Below are positions 10,677 through 18,996 of a stretch of 64,000 nt of DNA, piece after piece. The stretch is from Calditrichia bacterium (lineage in GTDB: Bacteria > Calditrichota > Calditrichia > RBG-13-44-9 > J075). Made by a program: the position numbers and the translations under genes. The number at the start of each line of letters is the position of its first letter. Position 1 is the stretch's first letter. The stretch lies in the NCBI GenBank assembly GCA_050633245.1, contig JBOEGD010000012.1, positions 64,001 through 128,000 on the forward strand, given 5' to 3'. The notes below the pieces were generated by a model, which ran no database searches, had not been told where the DNA came from, and saw nothing but the letters and a program-made list of their open reading frames with translations.

Positions 10677-10937
10677 ACTTGCCCCCTACACAGTTACCAA
10701 GGTAACTATTGGACTTAAACCACTATTTTTATTTCTCTTAACCGGTTACTGAATGGTAACTTCTGGTGACTTTTGGATAGAATTATTTGGCAAGGTTACC
10801 AGAGGTAACCGCTCAGTAACCAGCTTAATCAAGCAAAAACAATGCTTTACAAATCAAAGTTACCCTGGTTACTGTTAGCGGTATATTGACCGCGTGCCTC
10901 CCTGGTTAACTGCCCTTCAGCGTACATTTGAGTAACC
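10591..10937. repeat. GTTAC(C)/(G)GTAAC iteron cluster, putative replication origin
   Basis: Copies at 10591, 10693, 10701, 10744, 10755, 10794, 10804, 10815, 10859, 10867 and 10932, including inverted pairs AGTTACC-AA-GGTAACT and GGTTACC-AGA-GGTAACC. Confidence 0.7.
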
Positions 10938-12676
10938 AGCTTTTTTATACTGCCTTTCGATTTCCCTGTTTGTTCTGCAATCTCTGTTGGAGAAAGCGGC
11001 TTATCGCTGTTGGAAACCGTTTCGAGGATTTTCTTTCTAGGCTCGCTCAACTCTACATCTTCCGCTTCACCTTGTGATACCCAGAGTCCAGTCGTCTTAT
11101 CAAAAGTGACAGACAGTTTTAAGCTTTCCATATCCCGACCGGTAATGTGCAAAACAGAATCGGTTGCTCCCGGTACCAATACCATTACACAATCAGCAGC
11201 GGCGGTAACGCCGGTCGTGCCGGTAACATCATCAAGGGCATAGTCAGATCGCGTTTTGCGGGTATGATGAATCAGCACAATAGCAAGATGATATTCCATA
11301 GCGATCTTTTGAAGACTTGCTGTTGTCTTATAGTCCTCGGAATACAGATCGCTGTTTCGCTTTGGATTGGCAAAGCGCCCAAAAGTATCTATAACGACCA
11401 TTCGGATATCTTTTTTTTGATCCAGGCAGTTTCTAAGTTGAAGATCCCCACCATCTTCCAGTTGGTTAAAGTCCGGCATAAAATGAAAACTCTCTAATCC
11501 CTTTACTCCCGGATCAAAGCGCAACATAGTTTTAATCCTATCAGCCAAACGGCGCGGAGTATCTTCAAGGCCTAAATAAAGCACTTCCCCTTCTCTGGCC
11601 GAGTAGTCGCTTAACGCTTTACCGCCGGAGGCTATTGCTAAGGACCAGCTAAGAGCCATAAAAGACTTACCGCTTTTGGGTCTTCCTGCTAAGATGGTTA
11701 GACCTTCTGGAACAAGCTTGTCGATTGCCCATTGCGGTTCGGGGAAATCCAGTGTTACTAAATCATGGCCGGAGTAGATTGGAAACTTCCGTGGTAAGGG
11801 CTCATTTGTCGCTTTACTTTCAACAAATTTCGCAGCATCAATTAGCACTTCAATGTCAGGTTTTGTTAGGTTACTCTGATTAAAGTAATCCGATAAATCG
11901 ACGTATTTTTTCGGCAATCTGATCAGTTTTAGTTTATGCTTTTCCTTACCCTCTATTCTCTCAAATACCCCCTGCTCAGTAAGATCCTTATCCAAAAGAA
12001 AAATATGAGTCCCTTTACCCAGCCTTATCTTTACAGTCTTATTATAGTGTGAAACTATGCCATAAGAATCATCCAGCCCCATTTCAATAGCTGTTAGATA
12101 ATCCGTTCTGCCTTCAACGTGGATAAACTTTCGATGCTTAGCTGGATTATAGATTAGTCGTCCTTTTAAAAAGGCCAGAGCATATCCGGCTTTGCTATGG
12201 TTTATCTTTATCCGTGCTTTCTGTAGCGTCTTGAGGGAGTAAGTTTTATTGAGTTTTTCTTTGATGGCTTTCAGGTCTGTATCGGTGGGTTCTCTCAAAT
12301 CGAGCTCATGCAGGGGGTAAAAACGAAATCGGTTTTGAACATCAGAAGAGATAAAGCGCAACTGCATTTTATCAGGCTTCTTCTTCAATCGTGGATCAAG
12401 ATGTTTATCCTCACTCCAGAAACGCTCATCCAGCCAGCGCATTGCCTCAGCACCATCCAGGTTCAAAACCTGCTTAACCAGTTCTATATTATTTCCCTGC
12501 AATCCGCAGCCGAAACAGGTAAAACCTTTGCCGTCCTTTGCAATGCTCAAGCTGGCTTTTTTATCTTCATTATTATGTGCCGCTTTATTGAAGCAATGCC
12601 AGTTGCTGTTTTTGCCTTTCTTCAGGCCGAGTTCCTCGGCAATATTTGTCGTTAGTATTCCCTTGTAGTCCCTCAT
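10847..12676 (-). CDS. Primase-helicase replication protein (CHC2 Zn finger + AAA_25/RepA-like helicase + wHTH)
   Basis: C..H..CFGC zinc finger; Walker A GRPKSGKS; Walker B VVIDT; IHHTRK; C-terminal LSPTEIAEQTGKS HTH. Confidence 0.88.
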   Translation of the reverse strand: MRDYKGILTTNIAEELGLKKGKNSNWHCFNKAAHNNEDKKASLSIAKDGKGFTCFGCGLQGNNIELVKQVLNLDGAEAMRWLDERFWSEDKHLDPRLKKKPDKMQLRFISSDVQNRFRFYPLHELDLREPTDTDLKAIKEKLNKTYSLKTLQKARIKINHSKAGYALAFLKGRLIYNPAKHRKFIHVEGRTDYLTAIEMGLDDSYGIVSHYNKTVKIRLGKGTHIFLLDKDLTEQGVFERIEGKEKHKLKLIRLPKKYVDLSDYFNQSNLTKPDIEVLIDAAKFVESKATNEPLPRKFPIYSGHDLVTLDFPEPQWAIDKLVPEGLTILAGRPKSGKSFMALSWSLAIASGGKALSDYSAREGEVLYLGLEDTPRRLADRIKTMLRFDPGVKGLESFHFMPDFNQLEDGGDLQLRNCLDQKKDIRMVVIDTFGRFANPKRNSDLYSEDYKTTASLQKIAMEYHLAIVLIHHTRKTRSDYALDDVTGTTGVTAAADCVMVLVPGATDSVLHITGRDMESLKLSVTFDKTTGLWVSQGEAEDVELSEPRKKILETVSNSDKPLSPTEIAEQTGKSKGSIKKLVTQMYAEGQLTREARGQYTANSNQGNFDL

Positions 12677-12852
12677 GCTACTTTCTCCTTGCTGGCCGAA
12701 GCGCGGGGAATCAGCTTCTGGGGTAATTGCAATGAAGACTTCCCCTTTTCATCCTTTAGAATTTGCTTGGCAATGATCAAGGAAAATAGAGCAATTCCTT
12801 TGTTGAGAGCATCCTGCGGGATTTGTAGCTTCTCTGCTAAATTCAAACTCAT
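12673..12852 (-). CDS. Small hypothetical protein, 59 aa (MSLNLAEKLQIPQDALNKGIALFSLIIAKQILKDEKGKSSLQLPQKLIPRASASKEKVA); not in ORF track
   Basis: Fills the gap between cro-like and primase genes; its TGA overlaps the primase ATG (ATGA coupling). Confidence 0.7.
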   Translation of the reverse strand: MSLNLAEKLQIPQDALNKGIALFSLIIAKQILKDEKGKSSLQLPQKLIPRASASKEKVA

Positions 12853-12872
12853 TTCCAGTTTCTTCCGTTATC

Positions 12873-13112
12873 CTAATGTTTTTGCTTCTTAGTAGGCTTC
12901 TTGTTCATCAAGAGAAAAAGATCATCGAAATCAGCGTCCTTGAAAACCATCTGAAACTTTTTTCGCATCTCAGGAGAGGGATAACGTATTCCGTTCAGAA
13001 GTTGAGAAATATATCCGCTGCTTGTGTTCAGTTTGATTGCTAAGCCATTTTGTGACAAATTTTTCCTTGCCATCAATTCTCTGATATTTTCCGCCTTCAG
13101 TTGAACCTTCAT
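12873..13112 (-). CDS. Cro-like XRE HTH regulator
   Basis: Start moved to ATG 13112 (MKVQLKAE); LSQNGLAIKLNTSSGYISQLLNGIRYPS HTH. Confidence 0.85.
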   Translation of the reverse strand: MKVQLKAENIRELMARKNLSQNGLAIKLNTSSGYISQLLNGIRYPSPEMRKKFQMVFKDADFDDLFLLMNKKPTKKQKH

Positions 13113-13121
13113 TGAATTCTC

Positions 13122-13231
13122 GCTTGCAAAATTTAACCACTTTGTTTGCTGAATTATAAAACATGAAGTCAACGATAGCAAATTTTTTGCAAAATTAGTG
13201 CTTGCAAAATTTAAGCAGACAATAGTATATT
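13122..13231. promoter_or_regulatory. Divergent promoter/operator switch
   Basis: Exact 15-bp direct repeat GCTTGCAAAATTTAA at 13122-13136 and 13200-13214, partial copy at 13187-13196; leftward TTGCTA-N17-TATAAT (13181-13153); rightward TTGCAA-N18-TATATT (13202-13231). Confidence 0.7.
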
Positions 13232-13267
13232 AGCTGAGATCACCGCACTGAAAACCAAGGAGAAGAA

Positions 13268-13624
13268 ATGGGTAAAGAGTTTGGAGCGTACCTAAGAAAA
13301 TTAAGAGATGATCTGGGTATGAGCCTTAGACAAGTTCAACAAGCAGCAAAAATTTCTAATAGCTATCTGTCTCAGATTGAATCCGGCGAAAGGGGAATAC
13401 CTAATTTTAAGATTCTAAGTAGATTAGCAGAGGCCTATGGAGTACCTGTTGCACAATTAGCTGAGGCTGCTGAAAAGGCTGAAGCTGGAGATGCGCTTGG
13501 AGAACCAAGTTTATCGAAAGATGCAGCTTTTGTGTCCAGAGGATACGAGAAACTATCAGATGATAACAAAAAAATGTTGAGTGAGTTTCTACAACACCTT
13601 ATTAACAAGGAAAAGAAAGAATAA
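13268..13624 (+). CDS. XRE-family repressor (ImmR/CI-like)
   Basis: FGAYLRKLRDDLGMSLRQV...SYLSQIESGER HTH; directly upstream of ImmA-like gene. Confidence 0.9.
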   Translation: MGKEFGAYLRKLRDDLGMSLRQVQQAAKISNSYLSQIESGERGIPNFKILSRLAEAYGVPVAQLAEAAEKAEAGDALGEPSLSKDAAFVSRGYEKLSDDNKKMLSEFLQHLINKEKKE

Positions 13625-13628
13625 GGAT

Positions 13629-14588
13629 ATGACTGAGTGGCTAAAATCGCCTGCATATTGCGGAATGAATCCGCTTTTGTATGGGAGGAGAGTTGTTAAA
13701 GAAATGAACCTGGTAGCCCCCCCGGTTAATGAATTAGATGTTGCAGATTTTTTGGGCTACGAAGTTAAAAAGATTAAAAAGAGCGATACTGAGAATTTTC
13801 CAGGGGTTTGGGATAGTTTAAAAACCGCCTGCGCACATCTGTTCAGAGATAAGAATCTAATTCTAATCCGGGATGATATGACGCTCGGAAGAGATCGTCA
13901 GGGTGTATTTCACGAAATAGGCCACGATCAAATCCCCTCACATAGAGGCCTGAACTATTCATGTAATGAGTCTGCTCTCACCCCAATTCGCCACAAATTA
14001 GTAGAGAAAGAAGCATTTCTATGTGGAAACGAAATAATGATGCCTGTCGAATGGATTTCGCAGGATATACTTGATCTTGATATTTCCTTTCGATCTATTA
14101 GTAAGATTGCCAATCGCTATCAAGCTTCTTTTGAAGCTACAGCAATTAGATACGCTTTAACCCACCCAGGAATTTGTGCAATTATTCTTGTCGAGTCCAA
14201 TGTTAACAAAAGTAAACAAGTAGATTCATTTTGCGGTTGTCACACTCATCAATTGACACTACCGGTAACCTGCCGAGAAACTAAGCCTAAAGAGGCTTAC
14301 CCCTTCCCGCTGGTAGTAAAGTATAGTGTTAAATCAAAGGCGTTCGTTGATTCAATCCGGCCGGGAATGGGAATCCGTGAGAATAATTTGCTTTTTCATA
14401 TCTGGAATTCGGATAAAGATTTTCGAGGAGAGTTGCCGTCTGAGGCCTTTAGAATGAGAAAGCGAACAGCATACCAAGCCGAAATCAAGATTCTAAAAAA
14501 TCCTACAAGAATGTTCATTCTACTCTGGCAGAATCACTTTCAGAGAAGACTTAAATATGAATATGGGAATATCATCACAGAAAGTTAA
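13629..14588 (+). CDS. ImmA/IrrE-family metallo-endopeptidase (anti-repressor)
   Basis: Start moved to ATG 13629; HEIGH, EKEA...LMP-like and ASFEATAIR motifs. Confidence 0.85.
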   Translation: MTEWLKSPAYCGMNPLLYGRRVVKEMNLVAPPVNELDVADFLGYEVKKIKKSDTENFPGVWDSLKTACAHLFRDKNLILIRDDMTLGRDRQGVFHEIGHDQIPSHRGLNYSCNESALTPIRHKLVEKEAFLCGNEIMMPVEWISQDILDLDISFRSISKIANRYQASFEATAIRYALTHPGICAIILVESNVNKSKQVDSFCGCHTHQLTLPVTCRETKPKEAYPFPLVVKYSVKSKAFVDSIRPGMGIRENNLLFHIWNSDKDFRGELPSEAFRMRKRTAYQAEIKILKNPTRMFILLWQNHFQRRLKYEYGNIITES

Positions 14589-14596
14589 GGCACTCT

Positions 14597-16198
14597 ATGA
14601 AACGCTGCATCATAATCGCCCGCTCTTCAACCGACCGGCATGATGTTTCCTGCAAATCTCAGATTGCAGAAATCGAAGCGGAAGCTAGACGGCAAAACGA
14701 AGTAATCGTAAAAACAGCCGAATTTCCCAGAAAAAAGCATAGCGATTTTCTGGAAGATCCAGACTTCAAAGATATTCTGGCAGAAGCAAAGTTAAGGGAT
14801 CGGGAATGGGATAAAATCTGGTTTTATGATACTTCCCGCCTGTCGCGGAATCGCATGAAGGCACAGGTAACAAAAGCTTTTTTTCGCAAGCACGGTATTG
14901 AAGTCGGTTTTCTGAAGCTTCCGAAGACCGGAAATGAACCGATTGACAATGTGCTGGAAGGCATACTGGAAACCTTCGATCAACTGCACAGCGATTTTTC
15001 GCGGGCTGGCTCTATTCGCGGTCAGAAACAAAATATACGCTCCGGCTACCGCGCCGGGGGTAGTGCCCCCTACGGCTATCTGCTGAAAAAGCACAGCCTC
15101 GGTATGAACATCGATAAGGTTGAAATTACCAAGTCCACCCTTGAACCTCATCCTGAACAATTTCCCATTGTCCGAGAATACCTCCAGCGCCGAGCCGCAG
15201 GTGAAAGCCGGGGCTCCATACTGCGAGACTTCAAGAAACGTAGCATCAAAAGCGCCAAAGGGAAAGCCTATTGGTCACACTCTACTTGCAACTGTATAGA
15301 AAACAATCTTGATCTCTATTGCGGGCATCTGGTTTACAATCGACACAATAAGCGTATTGATGGAAAGTTTATCGGCGGTCAAAAGTATCGCCCCAGAGAA
15401 GAGTGGGAAATTCGCGAGAATGCCCATGAAGCCGCAATCACCACCAAAGAAGCTGATAAGATTCGCAAGCAACTAGATGCCAGGCGCACGCATAAGAAGC
15501 CAACCGCCAGAAACTATCTGTTAACCGGCTTCCTGAAATGCGGCGTTTGTAAAGGTCCGATGATTGGCGACAGCGGTTTTTATACGTGCAGCCATAAGCG
15601 TAAAAAGATATCAGACTGTAACCAGAACAATATTTTAGCCGAGCGGATTGATAAGAAAGCTATCGCCTTTGTAAAAAACGTTTTGTTGAAACAAACCCAT
15701 TTTGAAGCCATCGTTGAGCAAACCCGCAAAGCCTATGAAAAGGAAATCGGCAAATCCGCTGAACAAAAAAAGAGAGTCGAGCGGGAGCAGCTAAAACTGG
15801 ATAAACAAATTGAACGAGTAATGGACCTCTATTCCAGAGGAAAAATTTCCCCGGATATTATAGAGAAGCAAATTCAAGCACTCGAAAGTCAGAAAGCCGA
15901 CTTGCAGCTTGAGATGGATGGTGAGCAAGATATCCGTATTGCCCTGGAAGCAGCCGAAACGGAATTAAGTGAAACGGTTATCCGGCAATATGTAGACAAG
16001 TTTGAAGTATTACTGAGTGAAGATAATCTGGAGTTGATGCGGGAATTTTTGAAAACATTTATCTCTGAGATTGAGTTAGCACCACGGGCAGGGGGTAAAA
16101 CGCAAAAGCGGGCAGTGAACGTTTTCAGTCACATACCCGCTTTTACAAGGATAAAACTTGTACTCCCAAGGGGATTCGAACCCCTGTTGCCGCCGTGA
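14597..16198 (+). CDS. Large serine recombinase (integrase)
   Basis: ARSST catalytic motif, DTSRLSR, GYRAGGSAPYGY, zinc ribbon LLTGFLKCGVCKG, coiled coil; last 12 codons antisense to tRNA-Glu. Confidence 0.93.
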   Translation: MKRCIIIARSSTDRHDVSCKSQIAEIEAEARRQNEVIVKTAEFPRKKHSDFLEDPDFKDILAEAKLRDREWDKIWFYDTSRLSRNRMKAQVTKAFFRKHGIEVGFLKLPKTGNEPIDNVLEGILETFDQLHSDFSRAGSIRGQKQNIRSGYRAGGSAPYGYLLKKHSLGMNIDKVEITKSTLEPHPEQFPIVREYLQRRAAGESRGSILRDFKKRSIKSAKGKAYWSHSTCNCIENNLDLYCGHLVYNRHNKRIDGKFIGGQKYRPREEWEIRENAHEAAITTKEADKIRKQLDARRTHKKPTARNYLLTGFLKCGVCKGPMIGDSGFYTCSHKRKKISDCNQNNILAERIDKKAIAFVKNVLLKQTHFEAIVEQTRKAYEKEIGKSAEQKKRVEREQLKLDKQIERVMDLYSRGKISPDIIEKQIQALESQKADLQLEMDGEQDIRIALEAAETELSETVIRQYVDKFEVLLSEDNLELMREFLKTFISEIELAPRAGGKTQKRAVNVFSHIPAFTRIKLVLPRGFEPLLPP

Positions 16199-16232
16199 AA
16201 GGGCGGAGTCCTAACCACTAGACGATGGGAGC
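16161..16232 (-). tRNA. tRNA-Glu(TTC)
   Basis: Cloverleaf GCTCCCA...CCGCC-CTTTCAC-GGCGG...AGGGG-TTCGAAT-CCCCT-TGGGAGT-A; CCA not encoded. Confidence 0.95.
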
Positions 16233-16290
16233 ACGTAAAAAATGTCGACAAATATAAGAAGACTTTTTACAAAAACAAATAAAAATTTTG

Positions 16291-16365
16291 GGTGAGTGAG
16301 GGGACTTGAACCCCCGGCCTCCAGGGTCACAACCTGGCGCTCTAACCAACTGAGCTACACCCACC
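16291..16365 (-). tRNA. tRNA-His(GTG)
   Basis: G-1, anticodon arm CCAGG-TTGTGAC-CCTGG, C discriminator. Confidence 0.95.
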
Positions 16366-16447
16366 ATGTACAGGCAATCCTTTAGCCTGTAGCAAAAAAA
16401 CAAATAAGATATCGATAAACAAAAATCAATACCTTTTTTAGAACTCG

Positions 16448-16521
16448 CGCTCCCTGGAGGACTCGAACCTCCAACCTACGGCTTAGAAGGCCGTTGCTCT
16501 ATCCGGTTGAGCTAAGGGAGC
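16448..16521 (-). tRNA. tRNA-Arg(TCT)
   Basis: Acceptor GCTCCCT/AGGGAGC, anticodon arm ACGGC-CTTCTAA-GCCGT. Confidence 0.95.
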
Positions 16522-16588
16522 CGGTGGGAAATCCTCGCAGAATGCGCATGTAGATATAGAGCGCAAAAAATTGCGATGTTCTTATTTG

Positions 16589-16662
16589 TCGGGGCGACTG
16601 GATTCGAACCAGCGGCCCCCTGCTCCCAAAGCAGGTGCGCTACCAGGCTGCGCCACACCCCG
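16589..16662 (-). tRNA. tRNA-Pro(TGG)
   Basis: Acceptor CGGGGTG/CGCCCCG, anticodon arm CCTGC-TTTGGGA-GCAGG. Confidence 0.95.
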
Positions 16663-16725
16663 ATTATAAATATATAATTTCTAAGATCAATCTTCCTGCG
16701 TTGTGTCAACGTAAAGAAGGACTCC

Positions 16726-16753
16726 AATATATAATATGCTATTGCTAAATCAA
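16726..16753 (-). promoter_or_regulatory. Probable sigma70 promoter of the tRNA cluster
   Basis: TTGATT-N16-TATATT upstream of tRNA-Pro. Confidence 0.45.
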
Positions 16754-16833
16754 AACGAAATTTGTTGTGTATTTATTACACACTTTTTTTGTTGTCCATC
16801 TCACAAATCCCCAGCAAGACGTCGCTTCGGTTT

Positions 16834-16849
16834 TGGTACATTTTTTGAA
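16834..16849 (+). promoter_or_regulatory. Sigma54-like promoter
   Basis: TGGTAC-ATTTT-TTGAA about 55 nt upstream of the ATG at 16905. Confidence 0.45.
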
Positions 16850-16904
16850 CTGAACTTTGTAGGGATTTGAGAAAAAACGCTACACCGTAAGGAGAGGATA
16901 TAGG

Positions 16905-17585
16905 ATGAGATGGTTCCTATTTATCGGGATGATACTTGCCAGCATTACCTTCAATGGATTTATTAAACAACCAGAAATAAGCACCAACGAGCAGGGCTGC
17001 GCAGGATCCGGCTGCCATTCCTTCGAAGCCAATCTGATGAAAGCCAAGTCTTCCGGCAATCTGAGCATTCGCGTCATGCCTAAAACACCGCCCGGAAAAC
17101 ATTCCATCAGCGCTGCCCTACTGGATCAGCAAGGACGCATGGTAGACTTTATCCAGACCGCCGGTAAAAAAGGTCTTCGCCTGAATGCACCCAACGCCGG
17201 ACGCTATAAGCTGCTCTACGCCACCAAACATGAAACAGCCGTTTGGGATACCACCTGGATCGATGTTACCAAACCAGCGATCAGCATTCCAACATCGCGA
17301 TTCGGTACGTCAAAGTTTCAATTCTTTCCAATTCACCCAAATCCGGCTTCCGGTGCTGCCGTGCTGCGATTCAACCTGCCGTCTAATACGAACGTGGAAA
17401 TCACGCTCTATACCCTGGGCAGCAAAAAGGTTCGTACAATCTACAGCGACCAAATGGACAGCGGCCTGCAGGAAGTGTATTGGGAAACTCGCGATGATCT
17501 AAAACGGCCATTGGCACCCGGCACGTATTTATGCCAGCTGAAAACCGGAATTAAGACGGTTGTGCAGAAGATAGAGATTCAATAA
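16905..17585 (+). CDS. Secreted protein with CX4CH motif and FlgD-Ig/T9SS-type CTD
   Basis: Signal peptide, GCAGSGCHS, IHPNP...LAPGTYLCQL; AGGAGAGG RBS. Confidence 0.8.
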   Translation: MRWFLFIGMILASITFNGFIKQPEISTNEQGCAGSGCHSFEANLMKAKSSGNLSIRVMPKTPPGKHSISAALLDQQGRMVDFIQTAGKKGLRLNAPNAGRYKLLYATKHETAVWDTTWIDVTKPAISIPTSRFGTSKFQFFPIHPNPASGAAVLRFNLPSNTNVEITLYTLGSKKVRTIYSDQMDSGLQEVYWETRDDLKRPLAPGTYLCQLKTGIKTVVQKIEIQ

Positions 17586-17609
17586 AGACAGATCACACCT
17601 ACGCTGCTT

Positions 17610-17782
17610 GTAGGTTGCGGCTTTGCCGCTGGCAGGGGGTAGGACGTTTACCTGCTAACGCAGAGTCGCTGGTAGGGGGTGGTTTTAAACTGCCAGCGAA
17701 TACAGTGAGCGCCCTATAAACACCAGCGAAGGCCACAGGCCGAAGCGATCTACATACTACAAGCGGCAAAGCCGCGACCTAC
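17610..17782. repeat. GTAG-type REP doublet (REPIN-like)
   Basis: 21-bp inverted arms GTAGGTTGCGGCTTTGCCGCT (17610-17630) and AGCGGCAAAGCCGCGACCTAC (17762-17782), 1 mismatch; each arm has a GCGGC-nnn-GCCGC hairpin. Confidence 0.75.
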
Positions 17783-17864
17783 CTCCTCTCCCACATTTTC
17801 CCCTTGCACTTTTCCACTTTCTCTCGCTTATTGATTTCAGCCAAATCTCTAAGGAAAAATTCCC

Positions 17865-18977
17865 ATGCAAAATATTGAAATCAAATATCGCGTAGACAAT
17901 ATGGCCGCGCTGAAAGATGCCGTACAGTCTCACCCTGAAGTCGAATTCAGTTATTCCCATCAACAAGAAGACACGTATTTCTTCACCGAAAGCGGCAGGT
18001 TAAAGATTCGTGTGGAAGACGAGAAACAGCCTCACCTGATTACCTACAACCGTTCTGACGAGGCGAAAGGACGCATAAGCACCTACGAACTAGACTTGCT
18101 TCCCGATGTCGACGCTACACGTAATGAACTCGCCAATACGTTCGGCATCAAGGCTGTCGTGCGAAAGCAACGCACGTTATTTCTCTTTCGCAATGTGCGT
18201 ATTCATCTTGATGAAGTGCAAGGTTTAGGCAATTACATGGAGTTGGAGTCTGTAATATCAGATGAGTTCCCGGCGAAGGTTGCCCAGCAAAACTTCGACG
18301 ACATCCTGACAATTGTCGACCCACTATGTGCCGAGGCCGAGGCAACAGGCTATCTGGAGCTGACGCTGAACGCTCAGCCACAAAAGCTAAAAGTAGTTCT
18401 GGCAACGCGAAACGAGCACAAGCTTGAAGAGATGGCAGCGATTTTAGGTGATCGCTACGAGCTACTTTCCACAGACAGCTTTCCGGGCATCGAAGAGATA
18501 GAAGAAACAGAATTAACCTTCGGGGGTAATGCCCTCTTAAAAGCACGTGCCGTTTTTGCTCACAGTAAACTCCCGACACTGGCGGATGATTCCGGACTGG
18601 AAGTCGATGCACTGGATAAAGCGCCCGGTATTTATTCGGCACGCTATGCCGGTGAGGCCGGCAATCATGCTGCGAACAATAAGAAACTGCTGGCCGCACT
18701 ATCCAACGTGCCGAACGAAAAACGCAGCGCCCGCTTTCGTTGTGCCATCGCACTGGTTACAGATTCCGGAGAACAAGTCGTTGAAGGTGCCATTGAAGGG
18801 CGCATTCTGCAACAGCTGACGGGTAGTGATGGCTTTGGATACGACCCGCTTTTTCTACCGAACGGCTATCAGCAAACTTTCGCTGAAATGCCCGAAGAGC
18901 TTAAGAATTCGATCAGCCATCGCGCACTGGCGCTAAAAAAGATGCAGCAAACGTTAGACAAAACCATCGCCGAATAA
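17865..18977 (+). CDS. rdgB: Fusion of CYTH (class IV adenylate cyclase-like) and RdgB/HAM1 XTP/dITP diphosphatase
   Basis: N-terminal NIEIKY, QEDTYF, RLKIR, HLDEV..LG.YMELE; C-terminal LATRNEHK, ADDSGL, PGIYSARYAG, GFGYDP, SHR. Confidence 0.9.
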   Translation: MQNIEIKYRVDNMAALKDAVQSHPEVEFSYSHQQEDTYFFTESGRLKIRVEDEKQPHLITYNRSDEAKGRISTYELDLLPDVDATRNELANTFGIKAVVRKQRTLFLFRNVRIHLDEVQGLGNYMELESVISDEFPAKVAQQNFDDILTIVDPLCAEAEATGYLELTLNAQPQKLKVVLATRNEHKLEEMAAILGDRYELLSTDSFPGIEEIEETELTFGGNALLKARAVFAHSKLPTLADDSGLEVDALDKAPGIYSARYAGEAGNHAANNKKLLAALSNVPNEKRSARFRCAIALVTDSGEQVVEGAIEGRILQQLTGSDGFGYDPLFLPNGYQQTFAEMPEELKNSISHRALALKKMQQTLDKTIAE

Positions 18978-18996
18978 AAAACCTACGGAGCAAACC

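Larger units (their letters stand above)
9481..16198. mobile_element. Integrated satellite/IME-like element at tRNA-Glu (left boundary not located)
   Basis: Serine recombinase abutting a tRNA 3' end, divergent XRE pair with ImmA, primase-helicase, iterons; no capsid, tail or conjugation genes. Confidence 0.8.

Noticed and set aside
1-16160. Second att site (duplicate of the tRNA-Glu 3' end)
   Set aside because: No convincing copy found by eye. TACTCCGGGGGA at about 281 belongs to a hairpin, and the imperfect TGCCC/GGGGCA inverted pair near 9270-9350 does not match the tRNA
16218-16727. ORFs 16218..16403 and 16512..16727
   Set aside because: They are translations of tRNA genes
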